Below are positions 49,216 through 60,780 of a DNA stretch of 64,000 bases, piece by piece (the first letter of the stretch is position 1; each line of letters begins with the position of its first letter). The position numbers and the translations under genes are program-made. Under the pieces are notes generated by a model. It saw only the letters and a program-made list of their open reading frames with translations. It was not told where the DNA came from and did no database searches. The stretch comes from Felis catus. Its lineage: Eukaryota. The stretch lies in contig NC_058368.1 in the NCBI RefSeq assembly GCF_018350175.1, positions 68,202,001 through 68,266,000 on the forward strand, in the 5' to 3' direction.

Positions 49216-50222
49216 TATAGTGTTATTTTCAATATAATTTCAATAATATACAAATCTTTGCTGTTATGTAGCTCCATTTTCTCCCCCTTCTTGTGCTATT
49301 ATTGTCCTGGAAATATCTTTATCCATTTTGTGCCCATAGACACATATTTATAAGTATCATTTTATATAGCTGTCTTTTAAATCAGATAGGAGAAAAAATG
49401 AGTTACAAGTGAATAAACATTTATATCATTTTTTTATATGTACCTATGTAGTTACCTTTACCAGTGGTTTTTATGTCTTTATGTAGATTTGAGTTGTTGT
49501 CCAGTATCCTTTTATTTCAACCTAAAGGGCTTCCTTTAGTATTTCTTGTGGGGCAGAAAAGCAAGCAGATACATTCTCTCAGTTTTTATCAGTGACTATC
49601 TTAATTTCTACTTCATCTTTGAAGGATAGTGTTGCTGGATGTAGAATTCTTGGTTGGCAGCCTTTATTCTTTCAGCATTTTGATTATGTCATACCACTGC
49701 TTTCTGGACTCCCTGATATCTGATGAGAAATCAGCTTGTCATTTAGTCTTGTCGAAGATCCTTTCTGTATGCTAAGTTGCTTCTCTCTTGATACTTTCAA
49801 GATTCTCTCTTTGTCCTAGGCTTTCAATGATTTGATTATGAAGTGTCTAGCTGTGGATCTTTTTTCGTTTATCTCACCTGGAATTTTTTTGAGCTTATTG
49901 ATATCCAATAAGCTTGATGGTTTTCTTTAAATTGGGATGTTTCAGCCATTAGTTCTTCAAATATTTTTCTGCCCCTTTTTCCTGCTCTCTTCTCTTCCTC
50001 TGAGGCTCCCGTTATGCATATATTAATCTACTTGGTGCTCTTAGGCTATATTCATTTTCCTTTATTCTTTTTTCTTTCTGTTCCCTAGACTGGATTATTT
50101 CAATTGACCTATCTTCAAGCTCACTAAATATTTTTGAAATCATTTTATATCTTAAAGGCACATGTGTATGACTTGGTGATAGTTCTAGAAGCCACTTCCC
50201 AAAAACCCAAAATTGAACATTA

Positions 50223-50224
<2 letters not shown>

Positions 50225-50252
<28 letters not shown>
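50225..50252. repeat. (CA)n microsatellite
   Basis: Seen directly. Confidence 0.95.
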
Positions 50253-50253
<1 letters not shown>

Positions 50254-50294
50254 GCATGTACACCTTCTCTGTACATGAAGTCCAGATTATGTTG

Positions 50295-50949
50295 TTTACT
50301 TTTATTATGATTACTATTATCAGAGTATAGTTGGCAGCGTTATATTAGTTTCAAGTGTACAACACCATGATTCAACAGGTTTGTGCACTATCCTATGCTC
50401 ACTGCAAGTGTTGCTGCCATGTTCCAGTACAACACTATCACAGTGCCACTAACTATATTCCCTATGCTGTACCTTTCACTCCTGTGATTCACTCATTCCA
50501 TAACTGGAAACCTGTACCTCCCGCTCCCTTTCACCCATTTTACCCATCTCCCCACACCCCTTCCTCACTGGTGGCCATCAGTCTGTTCTCTGTTTTCATA
50601 AGTCTGATTACGCTTTTTGTTTATTTATTTGTTTTGATATTTGAGGTTCCACTTGTGAGTGAAATCATATAGCGTTTGTCTTTTGCTGACTTATTTCACT
50701 TAGCATAATACCCTGTAGGTCCATCTATGTTGCCACAAATGGCAAAATCTCATTCTTTTATGTGGCTGAGTAATATTCCATTGTATATGTGTACCATAGC
50801 TTCTTTATCTCTTCATCTGTCTATGGACACTTGGGTTGCTTACATATCTTGGCTATTGTAAATAATGCTACAGTAAATGTAGGGGTGTATATATCTTTTC
50901 AAATTTTTGGTTTTTTGGGTTTTTTTTTTGTGGGAGATAAATACCCACC
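50295..50949 (-). mobile_element. 5'-truncated carnivore L1 (L1_Carn-like) 3' end
   Basis: ttatattagtttcaagtgtacaac...tgattcaaca; tgacttatttcacttagcataata; gagtaatattccattgtata; ttggctattgtaaataatgct. Confidence 0.9.
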
Positions 50950-50967
50950 AAAAGCTCACTAGTTTTT

Positions 50968-51186
50968 AAAAAAATTTTAATGTTTATTTATTTTTAAGAG
51001 AGAGAGAGAGACAGAGCATAAGCAGGGGAGGGGAAGAGAGAGAGAGGGAGACAGAATCTGACTGAAGCAGTCTCCAGGCTCTGAGCTGTCAGCACAAACC
51101 TGACACGGGGCTCAAACCCATGAGCCGTGAGATCATGACCTGGGCAGAAGTCAGATGCTTAACTGACTGAGCCACCCAGGTGCCTT
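50968..51186 (-). mobile_element. CAN-SINE (SINEC_Fc-type)
   Basis: TSD aaaagctcacta(g/a)ttttt 50950-50967 / 51187-51204. Confidence 0.96.
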
Positions 51187-51376
51187 AAAAGCTCACTAAT
51201 TTTTAATTCTGCCTGCTCAAATCTTCTGTTGAGCTCTTGTAGTCAAGTTTTTATTTCCTTTATTATACTTTTAGTCTTCAGAATTCCTATTTGGTTCCTT
51301 TGTATAATTTCTGCCTTTTTATTGACATACTCTCTTTGGTGACCATTCTTAGACCATATTTAAAATAGCTAATTTA

Positions 51377-51616
51377 GGGGTGCCTGGGTGGCTCTGTCAT
51401 TTGAGTGTCCAACCCTTGGTTTGGGCTCAGGTCATGTTTCTGCAGCTTTGTGGGTTTGGGCATCATGTTGGGCTCTGTGCTGGAAGCATGGAGCCTGCTT
51501 GGGACTCCTCTCTCTCTCCCCCTCTCTCTCTCTTCCCTTCCCACATGCGCACTGTGTCTGTCTCTTTCAAAATAAATAAATAAAACTTTAAGAAAATAAA
51601 ATAAAGTAAAATAAAT
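51377..51616 (+). mobile_element. CAN-SINE (older subfamily)
   Basis: TSD aaa(a/g)tagctaa(t/c)tta 51362-51376 / 51617-51631. Confidence 0.93.
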
Positions 51617-51887
51617 AAAGTAGCTAACTTAAAGTCAGTGTTTTAAGTCCCAACTTTTAACCTGCCTCAGAGATAGTTTCTATTAATCGCTTTTTTTCCC
51701 CTGTGTGTGTATGTGCCATACCCACTTACGTCTTTGTATGTCTCCTACTTTTTGTTGAAAAATGAACATTTTAGCTAATACCCTGTGGTAACCCTGGAAA
51801 TCAGATTCTTCCTCCTCACCAGGGTTGCTGTTGGTGTTTGTTCGGTGACTTTACTGAACTCTGTAATTCTGTAAACTCTGAATTCTT

Positions 51888-51915
51888 TGTGTGTGTGTGT
51901 GTGTGTGTGTGTGTG
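51888..51915. repeat. (TG)n microsatellite
   Basis: Seen directly. Confidence 0.95.
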
Positions 51916-54109
51916 GTCAGTGAAGTCCCTGCCCAGTTCTCTTAACGGTCAGATAATAATTGGATAGATATTTTCTTAAATGCCTGGAATTAATAAGTCG
52001 CCCAGTCTTTGCCAGGAGCTCTATATGTGTCCTGGGGAACACCTTCAACACTCAACTAGGCTACTTCTTAGCCTTCATTTTCTACTTGCACGGAATGTCA
52101 ACTTTAGCAAGAAGGTAGAGTTTCTTAAGTCTTCCTGAATGTGCACACAGTCCTGGCCATGTGCACAGCCCCGCACATGCACACGGGCTTCTAGATGACT
52201 AGGAATATGTTGGGGATGTTCAAAGCCCCCTCTGGACATCTCATTCCCTGTCTTTTTCTTTTAAACTTTTTCCCTACCCGTTGTCCCATTGTTGCCCACT
52301 GCCTCAGGTGGCTGCAGTGTTAAATAGGAGCCTAAGATTCTTTCTGGAGGGGGGCAAATACCCCTGGGACAAAGGCTTTTCACACTGGATGAGTTTCAAG
52401 TCATGTCATATAAAGATATCTTTGCAAATAAGGTCTTCTGGGGAACCACTAGACAGGTCAAATAATGATTAATTCTCTAAGAATTGGGCTTTCAAGAAGC
52501 TCCAGGACCATTCTGCCCCTTGTGAGGGATGCCAGACTGCTGGTTTTAACAGTGATTGTGGCTGTCAGTTTTCAAGAGGACTGTGAATTTAGGGGCGGGG
52601 TGGAAATAGGGCAAGTAAAAACACAATGAAGCTTGCTCCTCTTAACAAGGCTTATCGTTTACCAACGACAACCCAGCAAAAGTTCCGTGAATGGTTGCAA
52701 GCCTTCAGCTAATATACAGAGGTATAAAGAAGTAACTTCTGATGATATTTGCCAGTGCTCTCCTTGCTTTTATAAAGGAGAAGCTTTTTGGAGCTTACCA
52801 GCGTTTTCACGGTGCTGCTTCTCACTGTTGAGCGACTCAGTAAATGGTGTTTATTTATTGTTCAGTTAGCTGAAGAACCTCAGGAGATTAACATCATGCT
52901 CCTATCACAAATAATAATGAGGCAAAAAGGAAGCAAAATATGTGGTGTCTTTCACCTCCTTTTGCTGTACTTTCCCCATTTCGCTAGCCAGTGGGGCTCC
53001 CCCATCAGAGTCCTTCCTCAGGAAAGGATTTGATATTAATCAATTTTGTCAGAATAATCAATTATATAGATTTCAGGTTATATGTTTCCTATCCCAGAAA
53101 AATGTGTGCTGAGTCAAAGCATGTCTTTATCCTCTTAAGGGAATTTGAAGCAGCAGTTAGAAAAGTAGAATTTTGTTTTTAAGGCAAGGAAGCCCTTGAG
53201 ATGCCTGAAATGGTATCATATGGGCAGGAGACCTGAATCTCGTTAGTGGGTCTAGTTTAGAGTCCAACTCCAAGTGTGGGCATGGAGATCATCCAGGGCT
53301 CCTGTGAGATGATTAGGGCACTGCCTCAGGGGTGTGGGGGCAGGGAGTAGAAACAGCCTGGAAAACCGATTGACATTCTTGGTGGGATGTAGTGAGGACT
53401 GGCTTCGTAACATGCAGCTGATGCAACTCAAAATTGGACATGAGAATCAATAGCAGGAACCTATGGCTGTACTTCAGGATCAGAAATGTCCTAGGAGCAC
53501 CTTACTCCAAAACACAGAATGGTCAAGCTCTTTTGTTGGTACAGTGAATAGACAAACAATGCTTCAGGAAACAAATCTCTGGAAATGATTTTCCTCAATG
53601 GATCTAGCTGCAGAGATGATAATACTTCCAAAAATGTCAGTTATTTGAAGAATGATCTCGAAGAAGGCTCTATTTTAGGTGGAGGAAATATTCCACCTCA
53701 TAATGTGGACCTGTCCTGAACCAGAAATACCGACTGTTCAAGTTGTGATATGTATGCTACGATCACTGGGGATGAACCATGAAAAGATCCAGAAATCTAA
53801 GAATCCTATTGTTTAATAGGATTCAGAGCATCATCACAGCATCAGAGCATGGGTTGCCACAGTAGTGCTTCTCACTGCTAGCACACACTCACAGTGCTCA
53901 GGAAGCAGGCATGCAAAACTGGGAAACTCAGCACGTCTCAAGCACAGACTAGAGCCAGTTTTGTCTCCTTGCCCCCTTTTCTGTGTGTGTGTGTTTGTTT
54001 GTTTATTTATTTATTTATTTTTTGCTTTGCTTTGTTTTGCTTTGGGAGAAGAGGGAGAAATGAAGAGGGAGCAATGAATCCGGTGTTTACTTGTAGCAAC
54101 GTAGACTGA

Positions 54110-54260
54110 TAGGATCGTATGACTTCAGAGACAGTTTCATGAATGAGGAAGTAGAAGCCCAGGGGGTTCGAGTGAATGTCTAGTAGAATTCACAAGAGTC
54201 AGAGAGCTGGACTCAACCCCATACCTGTGATCCCTTTTGGCCAGTGTCTGTTCTGTGTTG
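54110..54260 (-). mobile_element. MIR fragment
   Basis: atgaggaagtagaagcccagggggtt..gtga...cagagagctggactcaacccca. Confidence 0.5.
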
Positions 54261-56102
54261 CTGCTCTACCTTTCATAACCCACTTGGGTGAAATGTAATA
54301 TGGAGGTGAGAGAGCCTGACCACACACGGACATCTCTGTAAGTGTGTTTTACCTTATTACGTGCACTTTAGTGACAGCATTCACGCTATCTGAAAAAAAT
54401 CAAGCACATGTAATAGAGAACATCACTTAGTGTGGACACTCTACTGACACCAGTACAATATGTATTGAACTATACTCTCTTAGTTCATAAATCTATTTAG
54501 GAATGATGAATCATCTTGATCATTGATTTGTTGGGTTTAACTCCAATTTAGGCAAGAGAATTTGGATCCCATCTACCACATTAAAGGAAATGAAATGCCA
54601 TGCAGATTGCCAAGAGAAGGGCTGGGTTTTTGAACTTGCAAATAGTTTATTAACAATTTGGTAGGTCATTTCCCCTCTAGTTCAGTTTGTTCATGGTCTA
54701 CTTGAAACTATGTGACCTTTCAGATTTCTTCAAAATCTTTGACACTTGATTGGATGCCTTTACAAAAAAGATTTGTTACTAATAGTCAAGATGAAATTCA
54801 ACAGACTCAGAAAGATGATTTCATAGCAGACAGCACTTAGGATTTTTAATGATAAAAAGGAAGACACAGAAGAACCCATATTAAAAGCATAAGTTTGGAG
54901 GGTTGAAAAATAAGTAATGTAGCCGTATTATGCATTGTGATTATAAACTGCTGAATTCGCGTTTACTGTGACAAGAGTCTCCAATTTATTGGATGCATGT
55001 CATTGCAATTTGCCCTTTCTTTTACGTGTCTTTCCATGATGAATGCCAGTGCTGGGAAATGAAGAGCTCTTACCCTTTTCATACTTTGCTGAATGCTGGT
55101 GAACTTGCCAATTGATGCTTCTATAATTTTTTGTTTCAAGGTCACCTGGGGGGACAGAGTCATCCAAACAAGGTCACTGACTATGTTGAAGGTTAATAGC
55201 TGTTTCTTGAAAAGAAAAGTCATGGAAAAATTAGGACGCTGAGGATATAATTACTAGAAGATGGAAAATGGATTAGGAGAATATTTTTCTTTCAATAACG
55301 TAATTCATTTACAGTACAATGTGATAAATAGTGCTTGGACAACTAAGGTCATTTGGTCTGCTCTGAGTAATTCAATTAGGAGAAATCTGAAAGCGATAAG
55401 TGCATGGTAGGTGGGAGCTGTAAAAGCACTGGACTGTTAATAATTTGAGACTTTCTCATCCCTTTATGCGGATGAAAGTGGATCAATTATGTGAACAGGC
55501 AGGTCTCCGTATTGTCCTCATTTTGTGTATGGGTCCTGAGGGAGATTGCACAAGGACCCCAAACGGTGAAGCAGAACTTTGCCTTTTGGAAGAGTTTCAC
55601 TGTCTTCAGTGTGATTTTCAATCCAGGAAAAATGCAATAACACGTTTTTTTTTTTTCTTTTCAAGTCATAATTTCAATGTCCTAAGAACGGAGAGCTCTT
55701 TTGATTCAGAGCAGCTACTAAGAACTAGGACAAACATTCAACTGCTATTTGAGAATACTTGTAGTGTTATAGCAAGCTTGGGCTGGCCAAGCTTTCTTGA
55801 GAGTACAGCCCCAATGAGCATGTCGGGTAGGCTTTTAGTGCATTTTCCTTAGATTTAGTAGCCTTCTCTCTACCATCCAGCAGACACTGGGGGTGGAATC
55901 TAAATTGAATTTAGCCCAAAGCAAATCTGCTAACAGTGTTCATGTTTTTCAAATGAAAAAAAATTAGAATACATGATTCGACAATTACAAATACATTTGT
56001 ACTTGAATCTTGAAATATCCTAGAAATGTGATTAGCACACATATGCTATACTTGAAAGGTACATAGAGACTTTTAAAGGCTTTTAAAAAGTCGCATCACA
56101 TT

Positions 56103-56306
56103 GGGGTGCCTGGGTGGCTCAGTTGGTTAAACATCTGACTCTTGATTTCAGCTCAGGTCATGATCTCACAGGTCGTGGGTTCGAGCCCCACGTCAGACTC
56201 TGCGCTGACAGTGTTGAGCCTGCTTGGGATTCTCTCTCTCTCCCTCTCTTTCCGCCCCTCCCTCACACACTCTCTCTCAATAAACAAACAAACATACATA
56301 CCTTTA
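56103..56306 (+). mobile_element. CAN-SINE
   Basis: TSD aaaaagt(c/t)gcatcacat 56085-56101 / 56307-56323. Confidence 0.96.
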
Positions 56307-57296
56307 AAAAAGTTGCATCACATGTTTGATTGTTCTAACATATGTCTCGTTTTCTGTAGCATGACCTGTATCTAAATAGCTAAGAATGAATCATAGTCTT
56401 AATTCTGTTCTTCATCAGTGCAACTAAGTTGCACACGAAAAAGCAAACTAAGACGCCACTGTTTCCTACTGGTTGTTCTCAGTATTAATCAGTGTAACAG
56501 GACTTTTGGCTATTAAGTACAGCGCTTTATACCAAATGTAAATTGACTTAAAAATTTTTTTTGAACGTGTCTAAAAAAACACATTGACCATTTGGAAAAT
56601 CCAAATGGTATAAATGTTGGAGTATGCAGATATCCTTATGACATTTTCTTTTATGGAAAGCTGGAAATGGGTAAAACTATTCATAAGCACGTTCATACTA
56701 AAGTTCTTCTATCGATAAGGAAAAGGCTTTGTTGTGTCCATTCTCTGAGGCACTGAAAGAAAAACTCTTACCTGAGTCATATACTTTCACCTGCCAGGGG
56801 AAAACTAGGAAGAAAAGAAAGAAGAAACACAACAGTAGCAAAAGGATCCCAGTTTATAAAACCTTTCTGGAATTTAGCTCTTTGCGTTTCTTTCTTCCCT
56901 TGGACATCTCTCGAGCCCCCTTAATATGGACATTTACCCATGTTTTGCCTTGTCTCCTGTTTATCACAATATGCCCTCTGAAGATTTCATCCTTTCCTAT
57001 CACTTTAATTGTCCCCTCCCTAGAGCTGATTTCTCAAAATCAAAAAAGTAATACATTTTTGTTTTGGGTCTTACTCCTGTATTTCCATCAGCCACTAAAA
57101 TGCAATGACTTCCAAGTTTGTAGCTCCTAATTGGCAATGATGGGAGTATATAACACCAGAGAAATTGGCCAAGTCTACAAATTACACTCTCCTCCCCTGA
57201 AGTCGGTTGTTTACTATTTACCAGTGCACCATTAGCTGTCACCTGAATTTCATAATTTCACCTCAAACACAACATGGATAAAAAAGAATTCATGTA

Positions 57297-57508
57297 GGGG
57301 CGCCTGGGCGGCTCAGTTGGCTGAGCGTCCAACTTCAGCTCAGGTCATGATCTCACAGCTCATGAGTTCGAGCCCCGCATTGAGCTCTGTGCTGACAGCC
57401 TGGAGCCAGGAGCCTGCTTGGGATTCTTTGTCTCCCTCTTTCTCTGCCCCTCCCCCACTCGTGCCATGTCTGTGTCTCTCAAAAATGAATAAACGTTAAA
57501 AAAATTTA
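57297..57508 (+). mobile_element. CAN-SINE
   Basis: TSD aaaaaagaattcat(g/t)ta 57280-57296 / 57509-57525. Confidence 0.96.
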
Positions 57509-57599
57509 AAAAAAGAATTCATTTATCGAACCAGTCATCTCTCCCCACACTCAGACTATCTCTTGTTGCCTCAGGGACAGCACCATTTTTCCACCCAGT

Positions 57600-58775
57600 C
57601 TCTTAATGTGGAGTGCCCCTGGCCCCAGTCCTTGGTCCTCTTTGTTTCGCTGCCTCATCTTCACTCGCTCCTTTGGTGATTTTATCTTGTCTCATGACTT
57701 TATGTACGGTTTCCATGCTGAGCACATCTCCATTTATGTCTCCATCGCAGACCTTTCTGCAGACCCCCACATCCCATTGCCTACTGAACATGCCACGTGG
57801 ATAGCTCACAGACATCTTGAGCTTCCATATCTGCTGCACTGTGCTCCAGGTAATCTGCTCCAACCTCAGTTCTCTCTATGTTAGTTTATAGCAACTCTAT
57901 CTTTCTAGTTGTCCAGGCCAAAAAAATGCCCTTGAACTCTTCCTTGACTCCTCTCTTTCACACCCCTTATCCAGGTTTTCAGGAGGAACTCTCGTTGGTT
58001 TAACCATGAAAATATATCCTGCTCACTTCTCACCCCCTATTTTGCTGCATCCTTGCTGTGAGAACATTGTCCTGTCTCACTCGGATTACTGCTGAGCCCT
58101 ACTCAGGGACCTCCCTGTTCTATCCTTGCTCCTTTGTAATTTTCCTCAATGCACACTCAGTGTAATCCCACAAAATGTAAATTGGATCATGTTCCTCTTT
58201 GGCCCAAATGCTCTAATGGCTCCTACTTCACTCAGAGTGAAAGCCAAAGCCCTTACTATGGACTGTAAAAGTCTTCACGATCTATCCCAGATTTACTATG
58301 TTTTTCATTTCCTATTATCCCCTTCTTGTTTGCTCTGAGGTAGGTATACTGACGTTCTTGTTGCTCACTGAACCTGCTACACATGCTGCTATTATTCCTT
58401 CTGCCTGGAATGTTCTTCCCCCCAGATACATGCTTGGCTAATTTCTTCTGTCTCTTTCCTGCCTTTGCTCATATCACTCCTCCTTAGTGAGGCCAACCCT
58501 GACAACCTTTTCAATATAGCATTCTGCTCCACTTTTTCCCACAGTACTATTTCTGCCATAGCCCGCGCTGATTTTTTCAGAACACTTAACATCTTCAAAC
58601 ATGCTGTATCATTTATATTTTTATGATACCTATTGTTTATTGTTTGTCTCTCCCACCTAGAAGTCAAACTACATGAGAGCAGGACTGTTGGCCATTTCGT
58701 TCCCTAATTTATGTAAAGCATGAAAAACCATGACTGCAAACAGTGGAACTCTAGAAATATCTATGAGTGAATGAT
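57600..58775 (+). mobile_element. LINE-2 (L2a-like) ~1.2-kb 3' portion incl. RT remnant
   Basis: ggagtgccc..gg.cccagtccttggtcctct (GVPQGSVLGPL remnant); ccttctgcctggaatgttcttccccca; ends gagtgaatga. Confidence 0.85.
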
Positions 58776-59349
58776 CTCTCTTGAAAGGTAATTCACCTTT
58801 GACTTTTCTTTCCTTCTCACTTTCAATCTCTACTGAAATCCCTCCTTTTGTAAGTCCTTCCTCGTGGCTTTACCTCTGAGGGGCTCAAAGAATACGGTAA
58901 GTTGTAAACGAGTGGGCCATCTTTGGGGTTTTGTTCCAGAAGCTGAGGCTGAGATGAGGGCTATGTTTATCGGAAACAGTCAGGCACAGGAAGAGTACAA
59001 GAATGAGGGTTGAATGTCACATCAGGAGGTAAAACTTATTTCAAGTCCAAGAGGCATGTGCAGACTTGCCTGGAAACAGGTAACAGAGCTAAAGGGTCAG
59101 AAGATTGAAATAGAAGAATCATGCACCAGGGGAAGCAAAGTGTGAAGCCCCAGACAATGGCCACAAGTAGGCCTGTGGGTATATTTCTACTGGCCTGCAA
59201 ACCTTGCTGTGTGTGGGTGGATGTCTTTCTAATGTTTCTTCCATTCATTCTGTCTATTACATTCCTACTATTACCTAAATCCCTGCCAACAGGAGTTGGT
59301 GATACATGCGTAGCCTTTGCTTTGTGACAACCCCTCTCTAAGCCAACCT

Positions 59350-60305
59350 TTTTCTCAATCTCAATACCAGATTCCTCTTCCAGATCACAGTGTCAATCCT
59401 GTCACTCCTTCCTTTTAGAATTCTTTAGTTCCTCCTCAATGGCTACTGGCTAAGGGCCTGACTTGTTAGTCTAGAATTCAAGGTTTGACTCCAACCTAGA
59501 TTTTGAAACTTCTTTCTGCCTGACGTCCCTGTGATCAATCATTTATTCATTCATTCAACAAATTTTTGTTGACCCACAGTACATGCGAGGAATGGGCCAA
59601 AATTTATTATCCTACTTGTACCATTCCCTAAGTCCCCACTATTTGTTCTTGTCGCTGCCCCTTTCCTAACTCAATTCTCTTTTCCTGCAATGTTCTTCTT
59701 CATTATACCTCTGACTATAGAAATCATATTTATCTTTCAATACTTAGTTCAGATGCCTTGCCTTCCACATCGTCAGCCCTGACCGTATCCATAATGGCCT
59801 ATCTTCTGATACAGACTCAACATAGAATGCACACCAACAGACAATCTTGTCTCTCCTATTGCCCCTGGCTTGGCTCCCTTGCTGCACCTTCCTCTTAACA
59901 TAAGTGAATCTACTTGTTATCCCTAAGTATGCGATACCTTCCTCACCTCATCCCCTGGCTCACATTTCTCTGTTGGCTTGTAGATCCCATATTCCTCCTT
60001 TGGTCATTAAAATGGTTCAAAAGCATCTCCTTTAACAATGATTTCCTTGTCTCCTTTCTCAGACCAAATCATAATAACCCTTCCTTCCTTCAGACACTCT
60101 CAGCATCTGGCTCTGTCTGCCTTGGGACATCTGCTCCATACTGATTTGTATTCAATGAATTACTGACATACATTTTCTGTCATGTGGCTTGAAGCTCATT
60201 TGGACCTCAGGAACTGTATTCTCTTTGGTTCCCTATCCTCACAGTATGTGGTCCAATTCTGTGTTCATAGGAAAACCTTTGGTAAGTATAGAATGAATGA
60301 ATGCA
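59350..60305. mobile_element. Degraded L2 fragments (both orientations)
   Basis: ttcattcattcaacaaatttttgttgaccc..gtacatg; gaatgaatgaatg tail at ~60291-60303. Confidence 0.45.
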
Positions 60306-60419
60306 GAATGTGGAATGCATATCTGACTTGATACGTTCACTGTCATGATAAATACCAGATATGTAAAAGTTTAATACCTGGTATATAGTCTCAAGCATAT
60401 AGTCTAAGACCTATAAACT

Positions 60420-60780
60420 GCATTAAATTCTACTATTATATATAATGCTGTCAATTCTATATATACATACATACACATACACATCTATGTATGTATAAAA
60501 TATACCTTGTTAAGTTTCTACTATATATCTGGTATGTGTGGTTGTGTATAGTAGATATGTGTATGTGTATATATACACATGTGTGTATGTGCATATATAT
60601 ATATACACACATGTGTATGTGCATATATGCATATATATGTATGTGTATATATATAATACTGTATTAAATCTCTACTATTTTATATAATACAGTAATATAG
60701 TACAGTTTTTCTGTATAGATACATATATAAACACATCTTTATATATACACATGCATAAGCATACACGTGTATATATAAAA
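60420..60780. repeat. Low-complexity alternating purine-pyrimidine (TA/CA/TG) tract
   Basis: Seen directly. Confidence 0.9.

Larger units (their letters stand above)
48225..52830 (-). mobile_element. Ancient L1 (L1MC/MD-type) 5' half: ORF2 start, ORF1 and 5' region, with nested insertions
   Basis: Antisense L1 text (tcctggagaatgttccatgtgcactt; ttgaaggatagt..tgctggatgtagaattcttggttgg; tctgatgagaaatcagct; tcaattgacctatcttcaag...ttctgcctgctcaaatc). Confidence 0.8.

Noticed and set aside
55445..57130. 135-aa and 133-aa ORFs
   Set aside because: Non-ATG starts, low-complexity runs, no recognisable domain
19688..57508. tRNA genes, and recurrent ORFs such as MAQ..AQVMIS or VCVCVC/THTHTH
   Set aside because: These are tRNA-derived SINE heads and microsatellite translations, not genes
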